Source: Candidatus Babeliales bacterium (GTDB lineage Bacteria; Babelota; Babeliae; Babelales; JANWKD01). From it: DNA of 64,000 nucleotides. Under the pieces are notes generated by a model, which had not been told where the DNA came from, did not search any database, and worked only from the letters and a program-made list of their open reading frames with translations. Made by a program: the position numbers and the translations under genes. The stretch spans positions 192,001-256,000 of the forward strand of contig OY969622.1 in the NCBI GenBank assembly GCA_963701665.1, in the 5' to 3' direction. Shown here in pieces: positions 9,173-19,192 of this stretch. The number at the start of each line of letters is the position of its first letter. Positions within the stretch are counted from its first letter, which is position 1.

Positions 9173-10063
9173 TTATTTATAAAATCCACAAACAACGCGA
9201 TCGCGTCCGGCTAGATCGGTGATGATTCGAACATTTTCATAGCCGTACTGTTTAAAAAGTTGCTGTACTGCATTACCTTGTGCATAGCCGATTTCGCAAT
9301 AAAGATTGCCTAAACGCGCGTTTTCTAATGTTTGATTATCGGTTAAACGCGCGCGAGCATCTTGAACGAGCGCTTGTATGATAGCTAGGCCATTATCGTG
9401 CGCAACGAGTGCTGTTCGATCTTCCCACTGCGTTACGGAGGCTTCGAGGTGAGCATATTCTTGCTCACTAATATACGGCGGATTGCTCACAATCAGATCA
9501 AAAGTAAGATCCGAGGGTAGTTGCGCAAAAAGATCCGAGTGCACAAAAATGACATTGCGTATGGTATTGTGACGCGCGTTTTCTTGTGCGAGCTCAAGCG
9601 CTTGTTCTTGTATGTCGACGGCATATATTGTTGCATGCGGCAACGCGTGAGCGAGTGCTAATGCGATGGCGCCAGAACCGGTGCACATATCAAGAATACA
9701 TAATTTTTTTTCTGAAAGTTTTTTAAGCTGTTGCGCAAGATGCATGACCCATTCTTCTGTTTCAGGACGTGGAATCAAAATGGGCGGTTTGATAAGAATT
9801 TCAAGTTCACCAAAAGGAACTGAACCCAGCATGTAGGCGAGTGGTTTGTCTTCATCACGATGTTGTTTGATGAGAGCAACAAGTTGCTCTAATTGTTCGC
9901 GTGTGAGTTGTAATGTCGGAGATGCAATGAGGCGCGTGCGTTCAATACCCGTGACCTTTTGCAGTAAAAGCAACGCAACGCTATATTGCTCATCGGGAGT
10001 ATGATAGAGGGAAGCCAATTCTTGGCACATTTTTTGAAGAATATCTGCATACGAATTTTTCAT
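9173..10063 (-). CDS. prmC: Release factor glutamine methyltransferase
   Basis: LIPRPETE, LDMCTGSGAI, SNPPY motifs. Confidence 0.95.
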   Translation of the reverse strand: MKNSYADILQKMCQELASLYHTPDEQYSVALLLLQKVTGIERTRLIASPTLQLTREQLEQLVALIKQHRDEDKPLAYMLGSVPFGELEILIKPPILIPRPETEEWVMHLAQQLKKLSEKKLCILDMCTGSGAIALALAHALPHATIYAVDIQEQALELAQENARHNTIRNVIFVHSDLFAQLPSDLTFDLIVSNPPYISEQEYAHLEASVTQWEDRTALVAHDNGLAIIQALVQDARARLTDNQTLENARLGNLYCEIGYAQGNAVQQLFKQYGYENVRIITDLAGRDRVVCGFYK

Positions 10064-10080
10064 GATGTTTTAGTATAACA

Positions 10081-10112
10081 AAAAAAGCCCACACCGTTAA
10101 TGTGAGCTTTTT
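10081..10112. terminator. Intrinsic terminator
   Basis: AAAAAAGCCCACA...TGTGAGCTTTTT hairpin. Confidence 0.65.
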
Positions 10113-10132
10113 TCAAGATCGTTAACAAAAAT

Positions 10133-10657
10133 TTATTTTTTGAACAAATGGTTGAGTGTGGCATAGGTTGCTATGCTTAAGGTGCTAAAGAATAAAGCAG
10201 ATTTTATCGGGTTTCGTTGCAGTATTGACATCTTGCTTTCGTATTCTTTAATAGCATTATGTGCTGCACTCTGTTCTATAATTTCTTTTTCACTCATGTT
10301 AAGCAACTTTGTATAAGGAAGTGTATGTAGATCATTGGATGTAATTAAAATATATGCTTTGCCTTCGTTTTCATCTGTGAAATAATTTGTGTTACGGTCT
10401 AAGGTCAATTCATGTACATATGCATAACTTACCTCATCATCAGGGGCTTCCGCTGGAGCTAATCGCGCAAAAAGAATTTTTTGTGTATCTAATTTTACTT
10501 TTTTTTGTCGCGGTTTAAGGGATTGTTCTTCATCTTGCATACCATGTGTTGTTTGTGCGACTTGCATACAATGAGTTGACTGTGCAATAAAAGTGCCAAC
10601 AAAAAATACCATACATAAGTTCATTATTTTCATTGCTATCTCCTTAGTTAAAGACAA
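10133..10657 (-). CDS. Hypothetical exported protein with C-terminal hydrophobic helix
   Basis: Signal peptide then MQ; C-terminal TM-like segment. Confidence 0.6.
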   Translation of the reverse strand: MSLTKEIAMKIMNLCMVFFVGTFIAQSTHCMQVAQTTHGMQDEEQSLKPRQKKVKLDTQKILFARLAPAEAPDDEVSYAYVHELTLDRNTNYFTDENEGKAYILITSNDLHTLPYTKLLNMSEKEIIEQSAAHNAIKEYESKMSILQRNPIKSALFFSTLSIATYATLNHLFKK

Positions 10658-10714
10658 AAATATCGTGAAGAAATACTACCTTGAGCAGCTTTATAAGTTC
10701 AATATTTTGGTAAT

Positions 10715-11731
10715 TTAAGCATTTTCATCTGCAGCTAATGGCTGTATGATTTTTAAATTCCCTGTAAGTCTTGCTTGTGCTTTAAGAGCAGCTTGCTCCG
10801 ATAATGTATCTTCTAAAATAGTGGGTAAAGGCCGCGGTGAACCATTTTCTTCATCGGTGGTAGGGTCATCAAGATTTACATATCCTCCTACGCGGGGTGT
10901 GCCAGTTTGAGGCCGGGAAAGAGCGTTTCTGAATGATCCCTTTTTTCTTTTTTTCTTGTGCTTTTTCTCTTTTGTTATTTTTTCTTTGCCTTTGTTTCTT
11001 GACTCTTTTTCTTGCTCTTTTTCTTTAAAAAAATCTCTAGGTGAAGCAAGCTCTAGTGAATGTCTTTTGCGTGGGGAAATTTCTACTTGATTAAATGCAT
11101 CCATAAGAGAATCAAGTTTTTTATTAATATTATGTGAGTGATCATCCCTAGTATCGATACTCTTTACCACCGTTAATAGTAGTAGTCTGGTTTGCTTTAC
11201 GAATTCATCATTTTTTCTAAATTTTTCATTGATCCTTTTGATTGCTTTTTTTAACGATTCGCCCTCGAGTTCTTCATCCATAAAAGTTTCAACGACGAGT
11301 AATTCTGCATGCAAATCATTGATCTTGCGGTTATCAGGATTCAATGCTTGTAGTTCGCCTATAGAAAGCGCATTTGCTACAATTCTTTCATCCTGTTCCT
11401 GTAATCTTGCGTTAACTTTATGGCTCAATTGATTTAGATTAATTACATCATCGCGGATAGGTACAATTTCGGCTTTTGTCGCCGTCTTTTTGCCAAATAA
11501 CCATGATCGAATGCCGATATATGTTTCAATAAAACAACAGGTGCCAACTAAAAATGCTGGTATTTTTATTGCCAAGTGTGCTTCATCAAATTTTTTAATA
11601 CAATCCTGCCAGACTTGCGTAATCTGTTCACTTGAAAACGAATCCTTTAGGGTATCAAAAAACTGCATTCCTTGCAGTGATGATGCATATGAGAAAATGA
11701 TAAAAAACGATGCGATTAGAAATTTTTTCAT
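10715..11731 (-). CDS. Hypothetical exported coiled-coil protein with Lys-rich patch
   Basis: Signal peptide then MQ, TM segment, coiled coil, KKHKKKRKK. Confidence 0.7.
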   Translation of the reverse strand: MKKFLIASFFIIFSYASSLQGMQFFDTLKDSFSSEQITQVWQDCIKKFDEAHLAIKIPAFLVGTCCFIETYIGIRSWLFGKKTATKAEIVPIRDDVINLNQLSHKVNARLQEQDERIVANALSIGELQALNPDNRKINDLHAELLVVETFMDEELEGESLKKAIKRINEKFRKNDEFVKQTRLLLLTVVKSIDTRDDHSHNINKKLDSLMDAFNQVEISPRKRHSLELASPRDFFKEKEQEKESRNKGKEKITKEKKHKKKRKKGSFRNALSRPQTGTPRVGGYVNLDDPTTDEENGSPRPLPTILEDTLSEQAALKAQARLTGNLKIIQPLAADENA

Positions 11732-11825
11732 TGACGTGCCTCATTAAGTGTCTCTTTCTTTCATCCTTTTTTAACAGGATGCTTAATAAAAAGCAAATTT
11801 TTTATGATAAGCACCGTTAGAAAAT

Positions 11826-11931
11826 TGTCATTGCGAGCGAATGCGTGGCAATCCAGATAATAAAATTAATTCCTTAAAGGAATCTATTAAAGTTCTGGAT
11901 CTCCCACGGCGCTCTGCGCCTCGGGATGACA
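11826..11931. repeat. REP-like repeat copy C
   Basis: TGTCATTGCGAGCGAATGCGTGGCAATCCAG ... CTGGATCTCCCACGG...CTCGGGATGACA. Confidence 0.85.
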
Positions 11932-11952
11932 TGGTGAATATGATAAGAACCG

Positions 11953-12882
11953 TTAAAAAAGGTTTTTTATAAAAGAGGCTGCATCAAATTGTTCAAAATC
12001 TCCAAGCGTTTCGCCATGAGAAATATATCTGACCGGCACCTGGAGTTCATGCATGATAGAAAAAATAATACCGCCTTTAGCAGTTCCATCCATTTTAGTC
12101 AGTATAATGCCATCAAGGGTTGTGCTCTCATTAAAGAGGCGTGCTTGTTCAAAAGAATTTTGCCCTAGGAGTGCATCAACGGTGAGCAATGTGGTAATCG
12201 GGTGATTAGGTAGCTGGGCAGTAATAATGCGGCGCATCTTCTCAAGTTCTTTCATGAGATTCACTTTTGTTTGCAGACGGCCGGCAGTATCAATAATAAG
12301 AATATCAGCAGCGTTATTTTTGAATTGTTGGCACGCGGTAAAAACGACTGATGCCGGATCTTGCCCTTCTTTGCCCGTAACAATGTCTGCATGCGTACGT
12401 GTTGCCCATGTTTGTAGTTGTGCTGTTGCGGCAGCACGGAAAGTATCAGCAGCTGCAAGAAGTACCTTTTTGCCTTGTGCGGCATAGAGATGTGCTAATT
12501 TGCCTGCGCACGTTGTTTTTCCACTCCCATTAATGCCCACGAGCAAAAATACCTGCGAGGGTTGCCAAGGTGAGGTTTTGAGAGAACGCGCGAGTTCTTG
12601 TTCAACAATTTTTTTTACCTCAGCGCCCGATAACGAGGTTCCACTTTTGTGAACCGCACGTACCGCATCAATGATCGAGCGTGTTGTTGGAACACCAACA
12701 TCTGCACGTATCAGGAGATGTTCAAGCTCTTTTATGGCTTCTTCATCGATGGTTGCCTGAGAAAAAATGCCAGTTATTTTTGCGCTAAACGAAGAATAAA
12801 AGGTGGAAAGGGTATCTTTTATAAAATTAAACACGGGGAAACAACTTGATTTTAAAGTATGACTTGTACTCTTAGTATACAC
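11953..12882 (-). CDS. ftsY: Signal recognition particle receptor FtsY
   Basis: GINGSGKTT, DTFRAAA, DTAGRLQ, TKMDGTAKGG. Confidence 0.97.
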   Translation of the reverse strand: MYTKSTSHTLKSSCFPVFNFIKDTLSTFYSSFSAKITGIFSQATIDEEAIKELEHLLIRADVGVPTTRSIIDAVRAVHKSGTSLSGAEVKKIVEQELARSLKTSPWQPSQVFLLVGINGSGKTTCAGKLAHLYAAQGKKVLLAAADTFRAAATAQLQTWATRTHADIVTGKEGQDPASVVFTACQQFKNNAADILIIDTAGRLQTKVNLMKELEKMRRIITAQLPNHPITTLLTVDALLGQNSFEQARLFNESTTLDGIILTKMDGTAKGGIIFSIMHELQVPVRYISHGETLGDFEQFDAASFIKNLF

Positions 12883-12934
12883 TTTTTTATACTAAAGGTA
12901 AAAATTACCTAAAAAAGGGCAATAGGGGGGCATT

Positions 12935-14173
12935 ATGAAATTCATAGTATCTTTGGTGTGTACGTTATTAATAACAGCATCGCTTTTCTCCGAACCTTTA
13001 GAAGATTCCTTGGGAAACTTGATTAGTTCTTTAAAAATGCTAGAAAACGGTATGCAAATTCAAAGACCGGAGGCATACGCAGTTGGGGGATTTAATCAAC
13101 CTGCTATGGTTCAGCAATTTACTGGCCCTTCGCGTGAAACATGTGGCACTCGTTATTTTGCTGGCGGCACGATTATTATAAATAGAACTAAAAAGGATAA
13201 AATTCTTTGTGTATTGCGAGGGTATAGAGATTTTTATTTTGGCAAATGGGATAAAGAAGATGAAAATCTTCTGCATGAATTGGCCGGCGAACAATCTTTG
13301 GATGATGTTAATATGTATGAAGTTTTTACGGATGTTTCCTGGTCACATTTTAAAGGAGGAAACGTGAATGTTAATATCTATTCTTCCCGAAAACCAAGCT
13401 ATCTTCTTGTGTGGTCAAAAGACAACTCTAGCGTTCAACGAAAGATAAAAGAGCTTCTTTTTGTAGTGCTGGGGAACAAACCGCTCAACAAATATTTAGT
13501 TCAGCATCTGCTTGGGTATAATGATGAAGATATAAAGAAAGCGTATGAAATAAAATATCCACTCGATCAACAAAAATTTACTACCGATAGAAGTCTTGCT
13601 CAAAGAGCACACGAAGACTTCATGGCAAACGACTATTCTCTGGAGAAAGTTATCAAGCAGGGTATTTTATTAAAACCAGTTTTCAACGAACCCTACACGC
13701 CATTTAGTGGATTTCCCTTCACTTCAGGAATGCAGCAGTCTTCTACGGGTTTTTCGGTACAGTACATGCTCCCACAAACACAATCACAATTAGAGTGTGC
13801 TGTGAGTACAGAAGAACGAGGAGGATACATGCAAGATGTGTTTTTAGGCAAAATGAAACTTTATTTTGGATATTATCCCGAGGATAAAACGATTTTTCAG
13901 GAGCTTAAAAAGCAATATCCAGCAACATCATTAAATATTATTATTCAAAACGATCAGCTTATTTTTTATAACGTGGGTGATGTAGCAGCACACAATGCCG
14001 CGCAGATGCTCTTAAAGGCTCTTAAAAATAACGTAATCAATGATTACTTGTATAGAAAATTGCAGGGACTTAGTGAATCGTCTATTAAGAGTTTGTATCA
14101 AAGATGTAATTTTAGTGCTAGAAAGTTCCAGGACGATAAAAAAGCAGCTCATGAATTCATGCAAAGAAAATAG
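12935..14173 (+). CDS. Hypothetical exported protein with two internal repeats
   Basis: Signal peptide; YFG..ED..L..EL and YL...L.G.....IK..Y occur twice. Confidence 0.7.
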   Translation: MKFIVSLVCTLLITASLFSEPLEDSLGNLISSLKMLENGMQIQRPEAYAVGGFNQPAMVQQFTGPSRETCGTRYFAGGTIIINRTKKDKILCVLRGYRDFYFGKWDKEDENLLHELAGEQSLDDVNMYEVFTDVSWSHFKGGNVNVNIYSSRKPSYLLVWSKDNSSVQRKIKELLFVVLGNKPLNKYLVQHLLGYNDEDIKKAYEIKYPLDQQKFTTDRSLAQRAHEDFMANDYSLEKVIKQGILLKPVFNEPYTPFSGFPFTSGMQQSSTGFSVQYMLPQTQSQLECAVSTEERGGYMQDVFLGKMKLYFGYYPEDKTIFQELKKQYPATSLNIIIQNDQLIFYNVGDVAAHNAAQMLLKALKNNVINDYLYRKLQGLSESSIKSLYQRCNFSARKFQDDKKAAHEFMQRK

Positions 14174-14177
14174 TAGT

Positions 14178-14867
14178 TTATTGGCGAGATTGCCACAAGG
14201 AATGGGCGAACCAACCGGATGCGACGCCCGCAACGCCCACAGAGCATGCGACTAAAGGGGTTTGATACCTCTTAAACCAGTTTTCCTTAGGCTTAATAGG
14301 TTCTGCTTGCAGTTGTTTACAACGCGAACATGATGTGGGCTCAGGTTCTTTGACTTCGAAACTTCGTAGGGGAGGATAATTGTTGTCATCTTCTTCTTCA
14401 GACGTTTCATCTTTGCGTGGTGGTAAAAGTCCCTTATACGTTACATACTGTGTTTTCATTTTTTTTTCTCTCTTTTTGCGAATCTTTTCTTGCTTCATTG
14501 CATGCTGAACTGCTCTTTTTTCCAACCGACGAATATCCCATTCTATGGTGGGTTCTTCAAGAGAATTGTTGAAATTTAGCCTGGGAAGAAATTGATCTAA
14601 GGTGCTATGTTCTTCAATAGGCGTTTGAGAAACAACTTTGATGGTTATAGTGCATTTATCGAGATGTTTAAACACTAAATCTACCGTTGTATCTTGGTGA
14701 GCAGCAATTTCTTGTACTTTGCCATATAAAAAATCTGAACAAAATGGAAAAAAATAAGCAGCTGTTTTAGGATTTAAGCGTGCGATATATTTTTTATTTG
14801 TTTGCATTGGCAATAGTGTACATGAGAAGAGAAGCGCGATTAATAATAAAAGCATTTTCTTTTTCAT
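14178..14867 (-). CDS. Hypothetical exported protein with C-terminal TM anchor
   Basis: Signal peptide then MQ; hydrophobic C-terminus. Confidence 0.7.
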   Translation of the reverse strand: MKKKMLLLLIALLFSCTLLPMQTNKKYIARLNPKTAAYFFPFCSDFLYGKVQEIAAHQDTTVDLVFKHLDKCTITIKVVSQTPIEEHSTLDQFLPRLNFNNSLEEPTIEWDIRRLEKRAVQHAMKQEKIRKKREKKMKTQYVTYKGLLPPRKDETSEEEDDNNYPPLRSFEVKEPEPTSCSRCKQLQAEPIKPKENWFKRYQTPLVACSVGVAGVASGWFAHSLWQSRQ

Positions 14868-14878
14868 GTTAGCCTTTC

Positions 14879-15322
14879 TTATTGTTTGTTGTTTTCAAAC
14901 CAATAAACGAGTGCAGCAGCCGTAAAAGCTCCTGTCGCAAAAGCTACCGCAGCGGTCGTACGGGGATATTTATCGATGTATGGCACTTCAAGAATGTATC
15001 TCTCATTGTCATTATCTATCTTGAGTTCTTGATGGCGCCAGCCAATTTGCATCATATATTTCCACACGCGGGTTAATTCTTTATCACGCAAACTGACATA
15101 CCACGTAGATCCTTGTGTAGTTGAAATGCGCTTAAAATTTTCTTGTTCAACCGGGAGCCAAATAGTTTCGTTGCCAAGACACGTTGAGCATAGAGCAATC
15201 TGAGTAGGATAAACTTCTGTTGGGGCAGCAGACTTTTTTTTGAACCAACTCATGGCTGAAGTATGGATAGGCGCAAGCAAAAATAAACTAAATAGTATGC
15301 ATAAAAATTGATTTTTCATCAC
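14879..15322 (-). CDS. Hypothetical exported protein with C-terminal TM anchor
   Basis: Signal peptide then MS; C-terminal Ala-rich helix. Confidence 0.7.
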   Translation of the reverse strand: MMKNQFLCILFSLFLLAPIHTSAMSWFKKKSAAPTEVYPTQIALCSTCLGNETIWLPVEQENFKRISTTQGSTWYVSLRDKELTRVWKYMMQIGWRHQELKIDNDNERYILEVPYIDKYPRTTAAVAFATGAFTAAALVYWFENNKQ

Positions 15323-15365
15323 GATGCCTTTTTATAGTTACTAGTGTACTTAAACTTTATGCTAG

Positions 15366-15400
15366 AAAAAAGAGCTTGCTCAAAATGAACAAGCTCTTTT
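15366..15400. terminator. Intrinsic terminator
   Basis: AAAAGAGCTTG...CAAGCTCTTTT. Confidence 0.7.
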
Positions 15401-15425
15401 AGTAAAAAATTGTGATGTTTTTTAA

Positions 15426-16343
15426 TTACTGTTTACTGCCAAAATAACCAGCAGCAGTGCAAACAACTGCGGTAGTAAGCACCGCGCTTGCAAGAATTGT
15501 TTTTGGATGTCGAACAATGAGAGATTGTGTTTCGCGCATCTCCTGGTGGCCAATTATTATGCCTGCGCCAAAATACAGCAAATTGTTTTCATCTAAATCC
15601 CTTTTAATTTCCAGTGGCGGAATAATTCGCGTTTTTTCTTGCCCCATATGAAGCTCATCGGCAATTTGTTGTTGCTTGAATATACGAGCTAAGGCTGGTG
15701 CTAGTTCATCGATATTGAGAGCAACGTGCGTGTTATCTTTATTTTTAATATTTTTTCTATAATGTTTTACTCCTAAATCAACAGAATGCAATTCTACTTC
15801 GTTGCCATCGTGTCCCGGGGAATAGACTGAGATGGCGGTTGGTATTTCTTGCTGCCCTTTTAAAAATCCTGCGTGATGATACATCTTATTATTCAAGGAT
15901 ATAATCGTCTCAATTTCTTCTGGAATATTACATTGATTGTTGTTTTGTTGTGGATTTAATGCTTTGTCTTGCAATGTTGTAAAAAGGCGTTCAAAAAGGG
16001 GTCCTAATGTATTGATATCAAGTAAAATTTCAATTTCGCCACCGCCTTGGAGAAAAGCTTCACGGTTTAACTGAATACGATCCCAATTTTTTAATTCATG
16101 CTCTTGCGAATATATTTGGATACTTATTGAAGATACTTTTGGTTTTTTTTCATAACCAGGTTCATCATTGTTGACTGCTTTAATATCGTCTGGGGTGAAA
16201 ACCCAACTTGAGAATCCTCCCGTTGACATACGTAAATCACTTTCAGGAGCGACTTCTCCAACTGCTTCATCCATTGCGTCTAGGGTTGTAAAAGCGTTTG
16301 CAAACAAACCCCCCGCTATCACGATGAAAAAAAGTTTTTTCAT
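15426..16343 (-). CDS. Exported tail-anchored protein (paralog family member)
   Basis: Signal peptide then MD; shares IKA.NNDEPGY with 16356-16760 and other blocks with 17370-18491. Confidence 0.7.
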   Translation of the reverse strand: MKKLFFIVIAGGLFANAFTTLDAMDEAVGEVAPESDLRMSTGGFSSWVFTPDDIKAVNNDEPGYEKKPKVSSISIQIYSQEHELKNWDRIQLNREAFLQGGGEIEILLDINTLGPLFERLFTTLQDKALNPQQNNNQCNIPEEIETIISLNNKMYHHAGFLKGQQEIPTAISVYSPGHDGNEVELHSVDLGVKHYRKNIKNKDNTHVALNIDELAPALARIFKQQQIADELHMGQEKTRIIPPLEIKRDLDENNLLYFGAGIIIGHQEMRETQSLIVRHPKTILASAVLTTAVVCTAAGYFGSKQ

Positions 16344-16355
16344 TACTTGGTTCTC

Positions 16356-16760
16356 CTATTTTTTTCCAGCGAGACCACGAATATAAAAATCGCGACTGAA
16401 GTCCTCAAATGTTTCTCGCAGTGCAACAGGAATTTTATTTGATTTTGCACTATTTGGCGTGTAGGATTCTTCTCGATATGCGTCGCAAAGCTTAGCAAAA
16501 ATTGGCAGTACCAGCTCAAGAGGAAGCTTGATGTGTTCTTGTCCCTGTTCTACGGAAAAATGTTTCTCATCTAAGGGGATACTAAGCGATGGATATTCAA
16601 CAATAGTAATAATCTTTTTAGGATTACTATCATAACCTGGTTCATCATTGTTAATGGCTTTAATGTTTGGACGGGCATTTTTTGTTTCCATCGCATCTAT
16701 TTTTGCAAAAACAGTTATCAATAAACTACCTAATGTGAAAATAAAGAAAAATTTTTTCAC
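16356..16760 (-). CDS. Exported protein, short paralog
   Basis: Signal peptide then ME; IKAINNDEPGY; no C-terminal anchor. Confidence 0.6.
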   Translation of the reverse strand: MKKFFFIFTLGSLLITVFAKIDAMETKNARPNIKAINNDEPGYDSNPKKIITIVEYPSLSIPLDEKHFSVEQGQEHIKLPLELVLPIFAKLCDAYREESYTPNSAKSNKIPVALRETFEDFSRDFYIRGLAGKK

Positions 16761-16798
16761 GTATACCTCATGTGTTAAAAATGATTATGTCACAGAAA

Positions 16799-16826
16799 GT
16801 ATAGGAAACTTTATTGATAAATCAAA
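16799..16826 (-). promoter_or_regulatory. Sigma70-like promoter, duplicated near 18528-18555
   Basis: TTGATT-16bp-TATACT on the minus strand, near-identical in two places. Confidence 0.6.
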
Positions 16827-16841
16827 TAAGAAATAGCTTGC

Positions 16842-17336
16842 TCAATGATGAACCAAAATTGCGAATTTTTTGAGGTTAATGTTTATGTCAAAATAGCGCA
16901 TTGCTATCGCGCCGCCAGTGAATCCGAGTACGAGAGCAGTTGCAATAAATTTTTTTGAATGTTTCTCAAAAATTGAGCGTTGTTTTTTCATGCCTGATTC
17001 GGTCCATCCAGCGTCTTTAAAAGCTGTTATAACGGAATCTACTTTTAACACAATTTCTTCTTTTCCTCGTAAGCTTTTATTGGGATCTTGATTACTTATT
17101 ATCGAAAAATCCTCTGTGTCTAATGGCATAAGCATACAACCATAATCAAAGCATTTTGATTGGAATTTAATTCTGCAAGGAAGGCCTACTTTATTATGGT
17201 CTTTTGTGTGATCATTATCAGATGCACATATATGTAAAGGAGCATTGATTAAAAGTCCGCTTAATGTCAAAAGAAAAAAAAGTTTCTTCATGCAAATTTC
17301 TTCTCGTTTAAAAAGAGCTTGCTCAATGATGAACAA
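16842..17336 (-). CDS. Exported tail-anchored protein (paralog)
   Basis: C-terminus (KH.KK...AMRYFD) shared with 17370-18491; likely true start MKKLFF. Confidence 0.65.
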   Translation of the reverse strand: MFIIEQALFKREEICMKKLFFLLTLSGLLINAPLHICASDNDHTKDHNKVGLPCRIKFQSKCFDYGCMLMPLDTEDFSIISNQDPNKSLRGKEEIVLKVDSVITAFKDAGWTESGMKKQRSIFEKHSKKFIATALVLGFTGGAIAMRYFDININLKKFAILVHH

Positions 17337-17369
17337 GCTTCTTTTTGCAAAATTGCGAATCGTTTAAGG

Positions 17370-18491
17370 TTAATGTTTGTTGTCAAAGTAGCGCATAGCT
17401 ACAGCACAACCAAGTATTCCCGTTCCGAGAGTAAATGCCATCCATTTTTTTGGATGCTTTGCAAAAGTCGATTGTTCTTGTGCGGCAAGCTTGCGCCCTT
17501 CCGTGATACCGGCTTTCTTACCGTTGTCAAAGTGTGTTCTAAATGCACGTTCCGCATTGTTTTCGATGGACCATCCTCTTTTTCTTAACTCAACAAACAA
17601 TGGGGTTAACTCATCAACTTCTAGTTGCACTTCTTCTTGCCCATGTGCATCTTTATCTTGTTCATCCTCATCAATCACACCAAAATCTTCTTGTTTTAAT
17701 GTGATGCTCATAAGACGAACACCCGGTTCAAATATGCTGAGTCTGTAAGGGCGACGTACCACATCCGGATGTCTCGCTAACTCGTCCGATTTGGGTTTTA
17801 TAACTAAGTTTCCTTCTTCTCTCAGAGCCTCCAAAAAAGCCTCGATTTCTTCATCATCGAACCGGATTTCTTTGCGGCCGCGTGCGTTTTTATTTATATC
17901 TTCATCACTAATGTTCTGATAATGACGTGATTTTAATGTGACAAAATGCCAACAATCGCCTTCGCCACTCTTTCTGAAATAGTGCGAGCCAAATCTAATT
18001 CTGTAAGGCATTTTTGTTTCACTTTGACGTTCTGCGCCCTCATCGAATCCTTTTGTATGGCCCGCATGAAAAATTATATTATTATGGTCTGTTAATAGTT
18101 CGTTGATAGATTTAGGAATTATGGGTGATGCTTGGTCGAAAACTTCATCTTTGTTTTGAGTAAGAAGTGCCTCGAGCGTTGGTTTTAGTTCCACTGCACT
18201 AATTCTTATTTCTATTGTTTTATGCTCATCATGAGTTACTTCATGAAAATGTTTCTTGTTTAAAGCGATTGTGGCGCCGTTCAGCAATCCTTCAGTTTCG
18301 CCTGCATGATGAACAAAAAAAGAAATAGCAGTGGGAAGAAGATTGGGCACATCTTGTTCAGGTTGTCTATCTCTGAGCTCAGAGAGTGATGAGTCTGATG
18401 GCGATTTGTGCATTGCATTAATGCCATGAGGAATGTGAAATATGCCACCGAGTAACACGAGATTCAATACTTTTTTCATGGGATGTCTCAC
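17370..18491 (-). CDS. Exported tail-anchored protein with internal repeats (paralog)
   Basis: Signal peptide then MH; repeated PYR...TLK...G..E module; C-terminal TM. Confidence 0.7.
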   Translation of the reverse strand: MRHPMKKVLNLVLLGGIFHIPHGINAMHKSPSDSSLSELRDRQPEQDVPNLLPTAISFFVHHAGETEGLLNGATIALNKKHFHEVTHDEHKTIEIRISAVELKPTLEALLTQNKDEVFDQASPIIPKSINELLTDHNNIIFHAGHTKGFDEGAERQSETKMPYRIRFGSHYFRKSGEGDCWHFVTLKSRHYQNISDEDINKNARGRKEIRFDDEEIEAFLEALREEGNLVIKPKSDELARHPDVVRRPYRLSIFEPGVRLMSITLKQEDFGVIDEDEQDKDAHGQEEVQLEVDELTPLFVELRKRGWSIENNAERAFRTHFDNGKKAGITEGRKLAAQEQSTFAKHPKKWMAFTLGTGILGCAVAMRYFDNKH

Positions 18492-18574
18492 TAAATAGTA
18501 TGATAAAGTAGATGGATTTCAGCAGAAAGTATAAGAAACTTTATTGATAAATCAAATAAAAAAGAACGTGCGCA

Positions 18575-19180
18575 TTATATATTCTCAAAAAACACATGCG
18601 CTCGTTGCAAAAATAATTTCATGCGCCGGTAATCATTGCCAGTCAACAATGAAAAGGTCTCTAAAAATTTCTCTGTTGAGCGTTCTGTGATGCAGTTCAT
18701 CGCGCGCATTGTTTTCAATAGCGCCAACAAGAGCTCATCAAGATTATTAATAGTGCTTGATATGTTAAAGAGTACGTGCAAATACTGTTCATGCGCAAAA
18801 AAATGTTTGTATTGCATCGCAGATGCGTGAGCAACAAATGAATGAATGCGAGGGGGTTCAGGGGGCAATTGATAAAAGATTTTTCCCTTTTCTTGGTAGC
18901 CGACTAACACACATGAGAAGGTAGTTTTTAAAAATTCAAAAATCTGAGGCTGTTCTCGTAACAGCTCTTCTTCTGTTTTTTGATAGGCAAAGGGATAACG
19001 AACAGGATCCATCGAACCAGTTTGAATATGATGCACAATGCCAAACAAAGTATATGATGCATGTTCAACAACGACCAAAGAGCCGAATGCCGGCGTTGTT
19101 CTCCAATCCCAACTTTGGGAAATCCATGTCGCAAGTGAACTTTCAATAATTTCGGCACACGGTTTTTGTGTAGGTTCCAT
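18575..19180 (-). CDS. HAS-barrel domain protein
   Basis: PAFGSLV...GIV..I.TGSMDP.R.P and P..PP.IHSFV pattern. Confidence 0.7.
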   Translation of the reverse strand: MEPTQKPCAEIIESSLATWISQSWDWRTTPAFGSLVVVEHASYTLFGIVHHIQTGSMDPVRYPFAYQKTEEELLREQPQIFEFLKTTFSCVLVGYQEKGKIFYQLPPEPPRIHSFVAHASAMQYKHFFAHEQYLHVLFNISSTINNLDELLLALLKTMRAMNCITERSTEKFLETFSLLTGNDYRRMKLFLQRAHVFFENI

Positions 19181-19192
19181 GAACGCTCGCTT

